A stretch of 64,000 bases of DNA from an uncultured Bacteroidales bacterium (GTDB lineage Bacteria > Bacteroidota > Bacteroidia > Bacteroidales > F082): contig CALEMB010000103.1 of the NCBI GenBank assembly GCA_937902805.1, positions 6,095 through 70,094 on the forward strand. The letters are read 5' to 3'. The position numbers and the translations under genes are program-made. The notes beneath the pieces were generated by a model that searched no databases, had not been told where the DNA came from, and was given only the letters and a program-made list of their open reading frames with translations. Each line of letters opens with the position of its first letter. Within the stretch, counting starts at the first letter, position 1. Shown here one piece after another: positions 53,075 through 61,802 of this stretch.

Positions 53075-55312
53075 ATGAAAACCAACAAAATAACACTAAT
53101 ATTCCTATTACTGCTGGCCTTCGCTTCGGGCGCGTTTGCGCAAGGCTTTATCGAAGGCACGGTATATGAAGAAACCGAAAACGGCGAACGCACCCCGCTG
53201 CCAGGCGTGAACGTCTACTGGAAAATCGTCAACGAGGGCGTGGTGACTGATGCCAATGGACATTATAAAATCCCGCTGCACGAACGCATCGGTTGCCTCG
53301 TATTCAGCTGCATCAGCTATGAGAACGACACCGTTCACCATATGGTGGAGCCTGCGCATTACGACCACATCTTCCATTCCGTCCACATGCTCAACGAGGT
53401 GGAAATCCATGCGCGCGAAAAGGCCTCTTTCATCAATCCCATCAAGGCGATGGCTGTGCAAGAAATTACCTCCGAAAATTTGAAACGAGCTGCCTGCTGT
53501 ACCCTCGCTGGGAGTTTTGAGAACAACGCTTCTGTCGACGTGGCTTACAGTGATGCCGTCACGGGAGCCAAACAAATCCAGCTGCTCGGTTTGAGCGGCA
53601 TCTATACCCAGATGATGACCGAAATCATCCCCAATTTCCGTGGCTTGGCCTCTACTTTCGGCCTCAATTATGTGCCTGGCACTTGGATGAACGGTATTCA
53701 AGTCTCCAAGGGAACGTCCTCGGTGAGGAACGGCTTCGAGTCCATTACGGGACAAATCAACGTGGACTATAAGGAACCAATGCCCGACAAGAGCGAAAAG
53801 GTGTTCTTGAATTTGTACGCCAACTCCATGTTAATGACGGATTTCAATTTTAACGGACGTGTCAAGGTGGGAAAGAACGATGGCATCATGCTCTTCGGCC
53901 ATGTGAGCCACAACCACATGAAAATGGATGGCAACAAAGACACTTTCTTAGACGACCCTATCACCACGCAATACAATGTCTTCTTGCGTTATAGTCATCC
54001 GCATGTCGGGAAGTTTGGCTGCAAATTGGGCCTTAAGGCATTGAAGGAAACCCGTCTCGGCGGACAGATGGATTTTGACCCCAAGCACCGTCTTGATGAG
54101 GGTTACACCCTCTATGGCATTGGCATCAACACCGAGCGTTATGAGGCTTTTGCCAAGGGTGGCTATCATTTCGATCGTAAGGACACCAGTTTAGGAACGC
54201 AGCATCAAGTGACCTACCACAAAGTGAACTCCTATTATGGCCTCACCGACTACAATGCCAACCAAATCTCTTATTATGGCAATTTGTTGTTTGACTCCTA
54301 TATCGTCAACGACCATCACACCTATTCCGTGGGTGCCAGTTATACCTATGATAAATACAATGAACAGTTGAACGACAGCGCTTTCCAACGTGTTGAGCAT
54401 GTGCCAGGTGCCTTTGTGGAATATAACTTCAGCGACGACCACCATTGGAATGTGATAGCTGGCTTCCGTGCCGACTACAACAGCTATTACCAGAAGATGT
54501 TGTACACCCCTCGTCTGCATGTGCGCTTCAAGACCCATGACGAATTCGCCGTTAGAGTTTCAGCAGGAAAAGGTTACCGCTCACCCAACGTGTTGGCAGA
54601 AAACTCCACCATGATGGCTTCGGCACGCGAGATTGTCTTTGTGGATACGCCCAAGATGGAAGAGGCTTGGAACTATGGTATTAACATTACAAAGGGTTTC
54701 GACATCGGTTGGCGCGAACTAACGATTCAAGCCGACTTCTATCGCACCGACTTCGTCAACCAAATCGTCCTCGACCGCGACGCCGACGCACACCAGATTC
54801 GCATCTACAACCTTGATGGCAGGTCGTATTCCAATAGTGCCCAAATCGAAGCCAACTGTGAAATTTTCAAAGACTTCGACCTCACCTTGGCCTTCCGCTA
54901 CAACGACGTGAAAATGACTATCAACGACACCGTGCGCGAGAAGCCTTTCGTCAACCGCTACAAAGGTTTAATCACGATGTCGTATGCCCCTGGCACTTGG
55001 CAGTTCGACCTCACGACGCAATTCAACGGCGACAGCCGCGTGCCCGACTTAAGCGGCAACGCTACCGCCGTGGCCAACGGCCAAAACATTGAACGCTCGC
55101 CGTTCTATGTCATCATGAACGCGCAGGTTATGAAGAAATTCGGTAAATGCTGGGAGGTCTATATCGGAGGTGAGAACCTCACCAACTTCAAGCAGAAATA
55201 CCCCATCATCTCAGCCGACAATCCGACCAGCGAAGACTTCGACGCTTCGATGGTTTGGGGACCGTTGAGTGGTATCCGTGCCTATCTGGGCGTGCGGTTC
55301 CAGATCAAATAA
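53075..55312 (+). CDS. TonB-dependent receptor with CarboxypepD_reg-like N-terminal domain
   Basis: ATG at 53075; the track start is TTG. It has signal peptide ...SGAFAQ, an N-terminal GTVYEE...PLPGVNVYW domain, a plug and barrel, and a terminal ...YLGVRFQIK strand. Confidence 0.85.
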   Translation: MKTNKITLIFLLLLAFASGAFAQGFIEGTVYEETENGERTPLPGVNVYWKIVNEGVVTDANGHYKIPLHERIGCLVFSCISYENDTVHHMVEPAHYDHIFHSVHMLNEVEIHAREKASFINPIKAMAVQEITSENLKRAACCTLAGSFENNASVDVAYSDAVTGAKQIQLLGLSGIYTQMMTEIIPNFRGLASTFGLNYVPGTWMNGIQVSKGTSSVRNGFESITGQINVDYKEPMPDKSEKVFLNLYANSMLMTDFNFNGRVKVGKNDGIMLFGHVSHNHMKMDGNKDTFLDDPITTQYNVFLRYSHPHVGKFGCKLGLKALKETRLGGQMDFDPKHRLDEGYTLYGIGINTERYEAFAKGGYHFDRKDTSLGTQHQVTYHKVNSYYGLTDYNANQISYYGNLLFDSYIVNDHHTYSVGASYTYDKYNEQLNDSAFQRVEHVPGAFVEYNFSDDHHWNVIAGFRADYNSYYQKMLYTPRLHVRFKTHDEFAVRVSAGKGYRSPNVLAENSTMMASAREIVFVDTPKMEEAWNYGINITKGFDIGWRELTIQADFYRTDFVNQIVLDRDADAHQIRIYNLDGRSYSNSAQIEANCEIFKDFDLTLAFRYNDVKMTINDTVREKPFVNRYKGLITMSYAPGTWQFDLTTQFNGDSRVPDLSGNATAVANGQNIERSPFYVIMNAQVMKKFGKCWEVYIGGENLTNFKQKYPIISADNPTSEDFDASMVWGPLSGIRAYLGVRFQIK

Positions 55313-55316
55313 AGGC

Positions 55317-56267
55317 TTATTTTGCTTTTGTCAATGCTGCTGCACCGAGGATGGCCGCATCGTTATCGGGCAACTCGGAGACACGAACGTCAACACTGCC
55401 GTCGTACACGAAGCACAGGTGCTTCTTGAATGACTCGCGAGCGGGTTTCAGCAACACTTCGCCGGCCTTCACGGGACCGCCCATCAGGAAAATGGCTTCG
55501 GGACCGCTGAAGGCCACGGCATTGGCCATGGCGATGCCCAGCCAATAGCCCGTCTTTTCAAAGACCTTGATAGCCAAGGGGTCACCGTATTTGGCGGCAT
55601 CCCCCACCATCTTGCTCGTCAGCTCCTCGGGCGGCACTTGTGAGAGGGCACCAACATAATCAGGAGCGCCTTGTATCATTTCGAGAGCGGTGCGACGGAT
55701 ACCTGTGGCGGAGGTGTAGGTCTCCAGGCAGCCTTTGCGACCGCAGCCGCAGGGACGGCCTTCGGGGATGAGGATGGCATGGCCGAGTTCGCCAGCACCG
55801 CCTGTCTTGCCGTGTACCAGTTTGCCGTCGACGACAATGCCGCTACCCACGCCCGTGCCAAGGGTGAACATCACGAAATGCTTCATGCCTTTGGCACCGC
55901 CGTAGACGAGTTCACCATAGGCTGCGGCGTTGGCATCGTTGGAGACGACGACGGGCACGTCGATATGCGAGCGGAATTCCGATCCAAGGTTGACAATACC
56001 CTTGAAGTTGAGGTTGGTGGCGTTCTCGATGCAGCCCGTGTAATAGTTGCCAGCCGGTGCTGCAATGCCGATGCCGTCGATGGTGTCAACATGGTTTTCG
56101 GCCATCAAGTATTTGATTTGTTCGCAGATGTCCGCCACATAAATGGAGGCATCGAAATATTTGTTGGTAGGAAGGTTTTTCTTGGCCAGACAGCGGCCGT
56201 CGTCGCGTACCAAACCTATGTCAGTGTTGGTGCCGCCAATGTCGATTCCAATGGAATAAGTGTTCAT
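55317..56267 (-). CDS. ROK-family glucokinase
   Basis: Motif GIDIGGTNT and the ROK zinc motif CGCGRKGCLE. Confidence 0.85.
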   Translation of the reverse strand: MNTYSIGIDIGGTNTDIGLVRDDGRCLAKKNLPTNKYFDASIYVADICEQIKYLMAENHVDTIDGIGIAAPAGNYYTGCIENATNLNFKGIVNLGSEFRSHIDVPVVVSNDANAAAYGELVYGGAKGMKHFVMFTLGTGVGSGIVVDGKLVHGKTGGAGELGHAILIPEGRPCGCGRKGCLETYTSATGIRRTALEMIQGAPDYVGALSQVPPEELTSKMVGDAAKYGDPLAIKVFEKTGYWLGIAMANAVAFSGPEAIFLMGGPVKAGEVLLKPARESFKKHLCFVYDGSVDVRVSELPDNDAAILGAAALTKAK

Positions 56268-56326
56268 AATAAAGTTGTTTTGATGGTGCTAAAATACGGT
56301 TTTTTGGTGAAAACGGGAGAAAAAAC

Positions 56327-56334
56327 TATTTTTG
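56327..56334 (+). promoter_or_regulatory. -7 box (TATTTTTG) of thpR
   Basis: Exact match, 19 nt upstream of the ATG at 56354. Confidence 0.55.
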
Positions 56335-56353
56335 CAAGACAAAAGCAGAGAAA

Positions 56354-56923
56354 ATGTACACCAAACGCACCTTTTTAGCCATCCATATCCCGACGGGAAC
56401 AGAGTATCCCGTCATGGTGGAGCGACTGAAGAAAAACCTCCAACATGAAAAATACATCAACTATTGCAGGCCGGAAAACATCCACCTGACGCTAAAATTT
56501 CTTGGCAGCACGCCCGTCGACGACATCCCTAACATTATCGAGGCGTGCCAAAAGGTGGCCAAGCGGCACCAACCCTTCACCATGGACTTCGACCGCACGG
56601 GTTTCTTTGGCAGCAACAATGTGCCTCGGGTGCTGTGGCTCGGCATGAACGACCAGCCTAAGGCCTTATTTGACCTCGAAGCCGACCTCTTAGATGCCTT
56701 CGACGACCTGGGTTATCTCCGTGATCGCCAGAATTTTGTGCCGCATCTCACCGTCTGCCGCATCAAGTCACTGGTCGACAAGCAGTTTTTCCTGAAGATT
56801 TGCAACGGCATCGAGCAGAAGACCTACCTCCATGCCGATGTGAAGGAATTGGTGTATTACCAAAGCATTTTGCAACCCACCGGACCGATTTATAAGCCCT
56901 TGAAGATAATCCCCTTGGGCTGA
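56354..56923 (+). CDS. thpR: RNA 2',3'-cyclic phosphodiesterase (2H phosphoesterase, ThpR/LigT type)
   Basis: It has the two HxT/S motifs, HLTLKFLG and HLTVCR. Confidence 0.8.
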   Translation: MYTKRTFLAIHIPTGTEYPVMVERLKKNLQHEKYINYCRPENIHLTLKFLGSTPVDDIPNIIEACQKVAKRHQPFTMDFDRTGFFGSNNVPRVLWLGMNDQPKALFDLEADLLDAFDDLGYLRDRQNFVPHLTVCRIKSLVDKQFFLKICNGIEQKTYLHADVKELVYYQSILQPTGPIYKPLKIIPLG

Positions 56924-56972
56924 TTTGGCACTATATTTGTCGCAAAACGCCTGGTGGCATTAAAAAAAGCAC

Positions 56973-56980
56973 TATTTTTG
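56973..56980 (+). promoter_or_regulatory. -7 box (TATTTTTG) of the four-gene LRR operon
   Basis: Exact match, 87 nt upstream of the ATG at 57068. The leader contains the conserved motif at 57021-57067. Confidence 0.55.
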
Positions 56981-57020
56981 CAATTTGTTTGTCTTCTATG
57001 AGTTATTCATTAGATGAACT

Positions 57021-57067
57021 TTGAAATACGAAGCATCAACGCAGTTAAATCTTGAAATCTTGAAAAT
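57021..57067 (+). promoter_or_regulatory. conserved 5' leader module with CGAAGCAT..CAACG insert, LRR operon copy
   Basis: It reads TTGAAATACGAAGCATCAACGCAGTTAAATCTTGAAATCTTGAAAAT-ATG. Confidence 0.6.
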
Positions 57068-57703
57068 ATGAAATCGAAAATCACAACCGTAATGATGATC
57101 CTCTTGGCCGCATTCATCACGCTGGGAGGTACCACCAGTTGCAAGAGCAAGAAAAAGCTTGCCAAGGAAGCCGCTGAGGCTGAGTATAAATCAAAAGTGG
57201 AAGAGGCAACAAGAGACTTGAACGCCATCCTTGACGACGAAACCCTTTGGACGCTTGAAGAAAAAGAGGCCCGTGTGCAGACCATTAAGGATTGGAACTT
57301 GCAAAACGCCGAAGTCGACGATCTGATTTTCCAAGCGGAGAAGAAGCTCGCTCGTGAACGTGCCCAAAAAGAAGAGGAAGCCCGTCGTGCCGCAGAAAAA
57401 CAAGAACAAGCCGCTGCCGCTGATGTTGTACTAGGACGCAACTTCAACAGCATCGCCAATGCTGGTAGCGTCAGCCAAGCCAACCGCGTCATCAACGAGA
57501 CCTTGGATATGTTTGAGTCGCCCAACGTTCCCGTGCTTATCATCATCAAGCAGAACGCTGGCTTCAACGACTACGACCGCCCGACGACCATTGAAAATTA
57601 CCTCAACTACATAAAGGACCAAAAGAAGGCCACCGAGAAGATTAGCGACATCAAGTATAACAACAACGGAAAGATTAACGAACTTGAATTGATAAAGAAA
57701 TGA
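57068..57703 (+). CDS. lipoprotein of unknown function (charged coiled coil + small C-terminal domain)
   Basis: 211 aa with lipobox LGGTTSC followed by KSKKK. It has an E/A/K-rich helix, and the C-terminal domain contains SQANRVINETLDMF. Confidence 0.6.
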   Translation: MKSKITTVMMILLAAFITLGGTTSCKSKKKLAKEAAEAEYKSKVEEATRDLNAILDDETLWTLEEKEARVQTIKDWNLQNAEVDDLIFQAEKKLARERAQKEEEARRAAEKQEQAAAADVVLGRNFNSIANAGSVSQANRVINETLDMFESPNVPVLIIIKQNAGFNDYDRPTTIENYLNYIKDQKKATEKISDIKYNNNGKINELELIKK

Positions 57704-58275
57704 AAAAGATCATAGCCACATTAGTGATAGCCTTGTACGTTGTGGGTAGTGCCATGGCACAGGACGAACTGAGTTTCGAACGCAAACAAGCCATCGACAG
57801 TCTCGCCTTGGAGAAGGTGAGAGACTTGAGCAAGTACGTTAAGATCGTCGGTTCCAAGGAGACCTCGTTCAGCGAAGCCAACCGCGTCATCGACCGTGCT
57901 GAAGAGCTCTTCATGAGTGATGCTGAAATCGGTGTGTCATCGCTGGCTGCCAACCAAATCACGTACTATCGTGTCCGCAAGTATTTCGAGCACCTAATGC
58001 GCCTCAACTATGACCGCGTCGAGATTGAATGGTACAACATCGAATACGTCAGCGACTTGCAACGTCAACCCGACGGCACCTACGTGGGCGTCATCACTAT
58101 TTTCCAAACCTTCCGCGGCTACGATGCCGAAGGCAACCTGGTGTATAAAGACACGACCAAGAAAGACATCACCGTCTACGTGAAACGCAAAGAGACTCAA
58201 ATCGGCGGTCGCACCATCGGCTTCTGGGATGTGTTGCTCGGCGACATGCGTGTCAAAGAAACCTCCAATAGATGA
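57700..58275 (+). CDS. secreted protein of unknown function
   Basis: 191 aa with signal peptide ...VGSAMAQ and the motif SEANRVIDRAEELF, similar to the upstream protein. There is an ATGA overlap with the previous gene. Confidence 0.6.
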   Translation: MKKIIATLVIALYVVGSAMAQDELSFERKQAIDSLALEKVRDLSKYVKIVGSKETSFSEANRVIDRAEELFMSDAEIGVSSLAANQITYYRVRKYFEHLMRLNYDRVEIEWYNIEYVSDLQRQPDGTYVGVITIFQTFRGYDAEGNLVYKDTTKKDITVYVKRKETQIGGRTIGFWDVLLGDMRVKETSNR

Positions 58276-59105
58276 GAATAGCTAGAAATATTATCATTCT
58301 GGCACTTACCTTTGCCTTCGTCTGGCCTGTTGCAGGTCAGACGATTGGGGATTTTAAGATGGATGAGACCGAGTTGTATGCCATGACCAAACAGATGGGC
58401 CAGTTTATGCGCAGGTTCAACTACGAGGAAGATCAATTCGGCAACAAGCTCAACCCCAAGGATCCCAAGTATCGCAGCAACGAGATGCGCCGCCAGTCGT
58501 TGCCCATCCTTTTCGATCAGGAAAAGTACGGCACACAGACAGACCTGCAACGCTATTTCATCGAGGATGTTACCAAAGGCGATTCCACCTACATGACTTT
58601 CCTCGGCGGTCGTTGGTATTCTGAGGTCTCCACCACCTTCAAATACAAAGGGAAAAACGTCCCTGTAATCTTGTTCTTGGCCGTCGAGAAAGAAGGTTTA
58701 GGCTCCAAGTGGGTGCTCACCAACGTGTATTTCTCGGAGTTCAACAAGCTCTTCCCCTCAGGAGAACTTGCCGAGAAGGAAAGACATTTCCTGCATCCCA
58801 TGAGCCACGAGTTGGACTTCATGAATATTTACAAGGCTTTCCAAGACCCCGATATCATCGAGTATTACGCTTTTAAAGATTTTACCCCCGATTACTTGAC
58901 CCTGTTTTTCTATGAAATCAAACAGGGTAACTTGGTGTTCCAACATGTCGACGGAGTGAAGTTCCACGTTCTGCAAATCAAGGACTGGTATTTCGAAGTG
59001 TCGTGGTTCAACCGTTCGGGCCTTAATTCTGGCTGGCTGATGTCGAACGTCGTCTACATGCCGGAAAAGGAAAAAACCAACCTTATCAAATTTTACCAAC
59101 CATGA
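58272..59105 (+). CDS. secreted protein of unknown function
   Basis: 277 aa with signal peptide ...VWPVAGQ and ATGA overlaps on both sides. Confidence 0.6.
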   Translation: MRIARNIIILALTFAFVWPVAGQTIGDFKMDETELYAMTKQMGQFMRRFNYEEDQFGNKLNPKDPKYRSNEMRRQSLPILFDQEKYGTQTDLQRYFIEDVTKGDSTYMTFLGGRWYSEVSTTFKYKGKNVPVILFLAVEKEGLGSKWVLTNVYFSEFNKLFPSGELAEKERHFLHPMSHELDFMNIYKAFQDPDIIEYYAFKDFTPDYLTLFFYEIKQGNLVFQHVDGVKFHVLQIKDWYFEVSWFNRSGLNSGWLMSNVVYMPEKEKTNLIKFYQP

Positions 59106-61654
59106 AAAAATTAGCCATTCTTTCCATATTGTTGTTTGGCATGGCAATGGGCAGTCAGGCCCAAAAACTTTCAAAAGACGAGGCTGCCAAGTATGATACA
59201 GAAATCAGGCAGATGCTCGTTTATTTGGAGGAGACGATGAACTTCATTGGCGATAGCGCGACGATTGCCGCGGAGAAGGAAATTGTGTTCACTGAAAGCT
59301 GGAGCAAAATTTTCATCGACGACAAAGTGCAGGTGGAGGACGACCTCGACAACAACCGCACTTCACCCATTAACAAGGATGTCCAAGCTTACCTGAAAGA
59401 CATTGACTTTTTCTTCAAATGGGCTATTTTCAAGTTTGATCTGCAAAACATCACAGATGGTGTCAATGACGATGGTAGCGTCTTTTTTAGGGTCACTTTG
59501 ACGCGGCACCTCACCGCCCAGACCATCGCGAATGAGAAGGTGGACAATGTCAGGAACCGCTTCATCGAAATCAACCTCGACCGACAGAACAATAGCATTA
59601 AGATTGCGAGTATCTACACCACCAAAATCAACGAAAAAGAAACTCGCCGCAATTGGTGGAACAGCCTGTCGATGAATTGGAAAACTCGCCTTGGCAGCGG
59701 CATCAAGCTTTACGATAGCATTCCCATGGAAAGCGTCGGGATGATTAGTGCTGTGGACTTCATGGCATCGTATCCCGTCGTCGACCCTGCCACGGGTCAA
59801 ACGGAACTCAGGGACAAGGTCTTCAAGTACGACATGGCCGAACTCGATGCCAAGCTGAAGCAGGTGACTCAAAAACAACGTCTTGACATGTCGGGCATCA
59901 GCGCAATCATTACCTTGGAACCGTTGAGCGAAATGTCGGACCTCACTTGGCTTGACATTTCCGGCACTTCCATAGAAGACCTTTCAGCCGTTCGTAACCT
60001 CAACAAGCTGAAGGTGTTGCGTGCCAACTCCACCATGATAGATGATATTTCGGCACTGAAATACAACATCACCCTTGAAGAACTTGAGGTGGCTAACACC
60101 AATGTTGAGGACCTCAGCGTGCTGACCTCATTACATGGGTTGCAGAAGCTCAATCTTGCTGAGACACAGGTCGACAGGGTTTCCCATCTGAAGCACTGTC
60201 CCAATTTGATTTCCCTTAATCTAAGCGGCACCCGTATCGCCAACATCGGCTTTTTGCAGGATTTGCTTCAACTGAAAGCCTTGGACATCAGTAACACCAC
60301 TATCCGCGATCTCAGCCCCGTCAGTAACCTGAAAGACCTGCAAAGCTTGAACATCTCAGGTTCAGCAGTCAGCAATCTGCAGCCTTTGAGTGAGCTGCAG
60401 AACCTGCGTGAGTTGTACTGCAGCAACACTACCGTCCGCGACCTCTCACCTTTGAAGAGCAACCGCCGCTTGAGTAAGATATATTGCGACCATTCCAACA
60501 TCGGCGACGAAGAAGCCAGCGCCTTCACCAAGGACAACCGCTTTACCTTGGTCATCTACGACACCGAAGCCTTGAGAACCTGGTGGAATAGCCTTCCTAT
60601 TTATTGGAAAGCCGTGTTTTCCAAGCAGATACAAGTTGACTCAGAGCCAACCACAGAGCAGCTTCACCAGATTATCAACCTTCAGGAACTCGACCTTTCG
60701 GGTAACACCTTTATGCAGAACCTGGTGCCCGTCAGCCGTTTGACCAACCTCCGTTCGCTCAATATTTCCAACACTGAGATAGGTTTTCTGCAACCCATCC
60801 AAGGTCTGGGCAACTTGGAATCGCTCAATATCTCGCATACCTACATCAGCGATCTCAAGCCCTTGCAGGACATGAGTAGCTTACGCTATCTCAACATCGA
60901 GAACACCCCCGTCAACGACCTTATGGTTTTGGCGAATGACAACAGCATCCAAGTGATTGATGCCGACAGCACCACCATCGGCAAGAGCCAAGTGCTGGCA
61001 CTGAAAGAAAAACAAAGACAAGTAACAGTGGTCTACCAAACCGAGGCCTTGATGGTTTGGTGGAACGGTCTCGACCCCATTTGGCAAGCCATCTTCCGAA
61101 ACGCCATCAGCACGCAGTCGGAGAGGCCTAATCCCTTAGAACTACACCAAATCTTGGATTTAAGAGAGCTTGAAATCACTCCCGAGTTCCCTGTCGTCTC
61201 CATCGCGCCGATAACCAACCTGATGTGGTTGGAACGCCTTACCATCAATAACCAAAGTGTGAGCGATTTGATGCCTTTGGAGGGCAAAGAGTTTTTGATC
61301 GAACTCAACGCCCAAAACAACCCCGTCAGCAGTTTAAAACCCATCGAAAGTAGCACTATGCTGGAGTTGTTGAACATCGAAAACACGCAAGTCAACGACT
61401 TGGGACCACTATCGAAGATGAATAACCTCATCACATTGAACGCCAGCGGCACCTCGGTGAAGTCGCTGAAACCTCTGTCGGGACTGATGAAACTGGAGAA
61501 CCTTTTTGTCAACAACACCAACGTGCGTAGCATCTCGCCTGTGGAAAACATCCCCACACTGAAACAGCTGAGGGTTTATAACACCAAGGTGAAGAAACGC
61601 GATGTCGAAAAACTGCAACAAAAGCGACTGGATTTGAATATCATCTATTATTGA
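59102..61654 (+). CDS. secreted leucine-rich-repeat protein (internalin-like 22-residue LRRs in three modules)
   Basis: 850 aa with signal peptide ...GMAMGSQAQ and a unique N-terminal domain of about 170 aa. Three LRR blocks follow, each introduced by a WWNSL..W spacer. Confidence 0.8.
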   Translation: MKKLAILSILLFGMAMGSQAQKLSKDEAAKYDTEIRQMLVYLEETMNFIGDSATIAAEKEIVFTESWSKIFIDDKVQVEDDLDNNRTSPINKDVQAYLKDIDFFFKWAIFKFDLQNITDGVNDDGSVFFRVTLTRHLTAQTIANEKVDNVRNRFIEINLDRQNNSIKIASIYTTKINEKETRRNWWNSLSMNWKTRLGSGIKLYDSIPMESVGMISAVDFMASYPVVDPATGQTELRDKVFKYDMAELDAKLKQVTQKQRLDMSGISAIITLEPLSEMSDLTWLDISGTSIEDLSAVRNLNKLKVLRANSTMIDDISALKYNITLEELEVANTNVEDLSVLTSLHGLQKLNLAETQVDRVSHLKHCPNLISLNLSGTRIANIGFLQDLLQLKALDISNTTIRDLSPVSNLKDLQSLNISGSAVSNLQPLSELQNLRELYCSNTTVRDLSPLKSNRRLSKIYCDHSNIGDEEASAFTKDNRFTLVIYDTEALRTWWNSLPIYWKAVFSKQIQVDSEPTTEQLHQIINLQELDLSGNTFMQNLVPVSRLTNLRSLNISNTEIGFLQPIQGLGNLESLNISHTYISDLKPLQDMSSLRYLNIENTPVNDLMVLANDNSIQVIDADSTTIGKSQVLALKEKQRQVTVVYQTEALMVWWNGLDPIWQAIFRNAISTQSERPNPLELHQILDLRELEITPEFPVVSIAPITNLMWLERLTINNQSVSDLMPLEGKEFLIELNAQNNPVSSLKPIESSTMLELLNIENTQVNDLGPLSKMNNLITLNASGTSVKSLKPLSGLMKLENLFVNNTNVRSISPVENIPTLKQLRVYNTKVKKRDVEKLQQKRLDLNIIYY

Positions 61655-61681
61655 GCCTCAAATTCGGTCTAAATCTTTTAT

Positions 61682-61716
61682 AAAGCGTTTTCTTTTGGAG
61701 GAAACGCTTTTATTTT
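61682..61716 (+). terminator. intrinsic terminator after the LRR gene
   Basis: Perfect 9-bp stem AAAGCGTTT/AAACGCTTT followed by TATTTTG. Confidence 0.6.
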
Positions 61717-61717
61717 G

Positions 61718-61725
61718 TACTTTTG
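61718..61725 (+). promoter_or_regulatory. -7 box (TACTTTTG) of ptb-buk
   Basis: Exact match, 77 nt upstream of the ATG at 61803. The leader contains the conserved motif at 61746-61802. Confidence 0.55.
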
Positions 61726-61745
61726 CAAAATCTAGTTCAAATATT

Positions 61746-61802
61746 GAATTTTAAATTTCAAATGCGAAGCATTCAACGAAGTTAAATCTTAAATACAGAA
61801 TC
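61746..61802 (+). promoter_or_regulatory. conserved 5' leader module with CGAAGCAT..CAACG insert, ptb copy
   Basis: It reads GAATTTTAAATTTCAAATGCGAAGCATTCAACGAAGTTAAATCTTAAATACAGAATC-ATG. Confidence 0.6.

Noticed and set aside
55671-56378. 235-aa plus-strand ORF antisense to the ROK glucokinase, and a 275-aa minus-strand ORF (62855-63682) antisense to buk
   Set aside because: They are shadow ORFs. The sense genes have diagnostic motifs (CGCGRKGCLE; INPGSTSTKIA).
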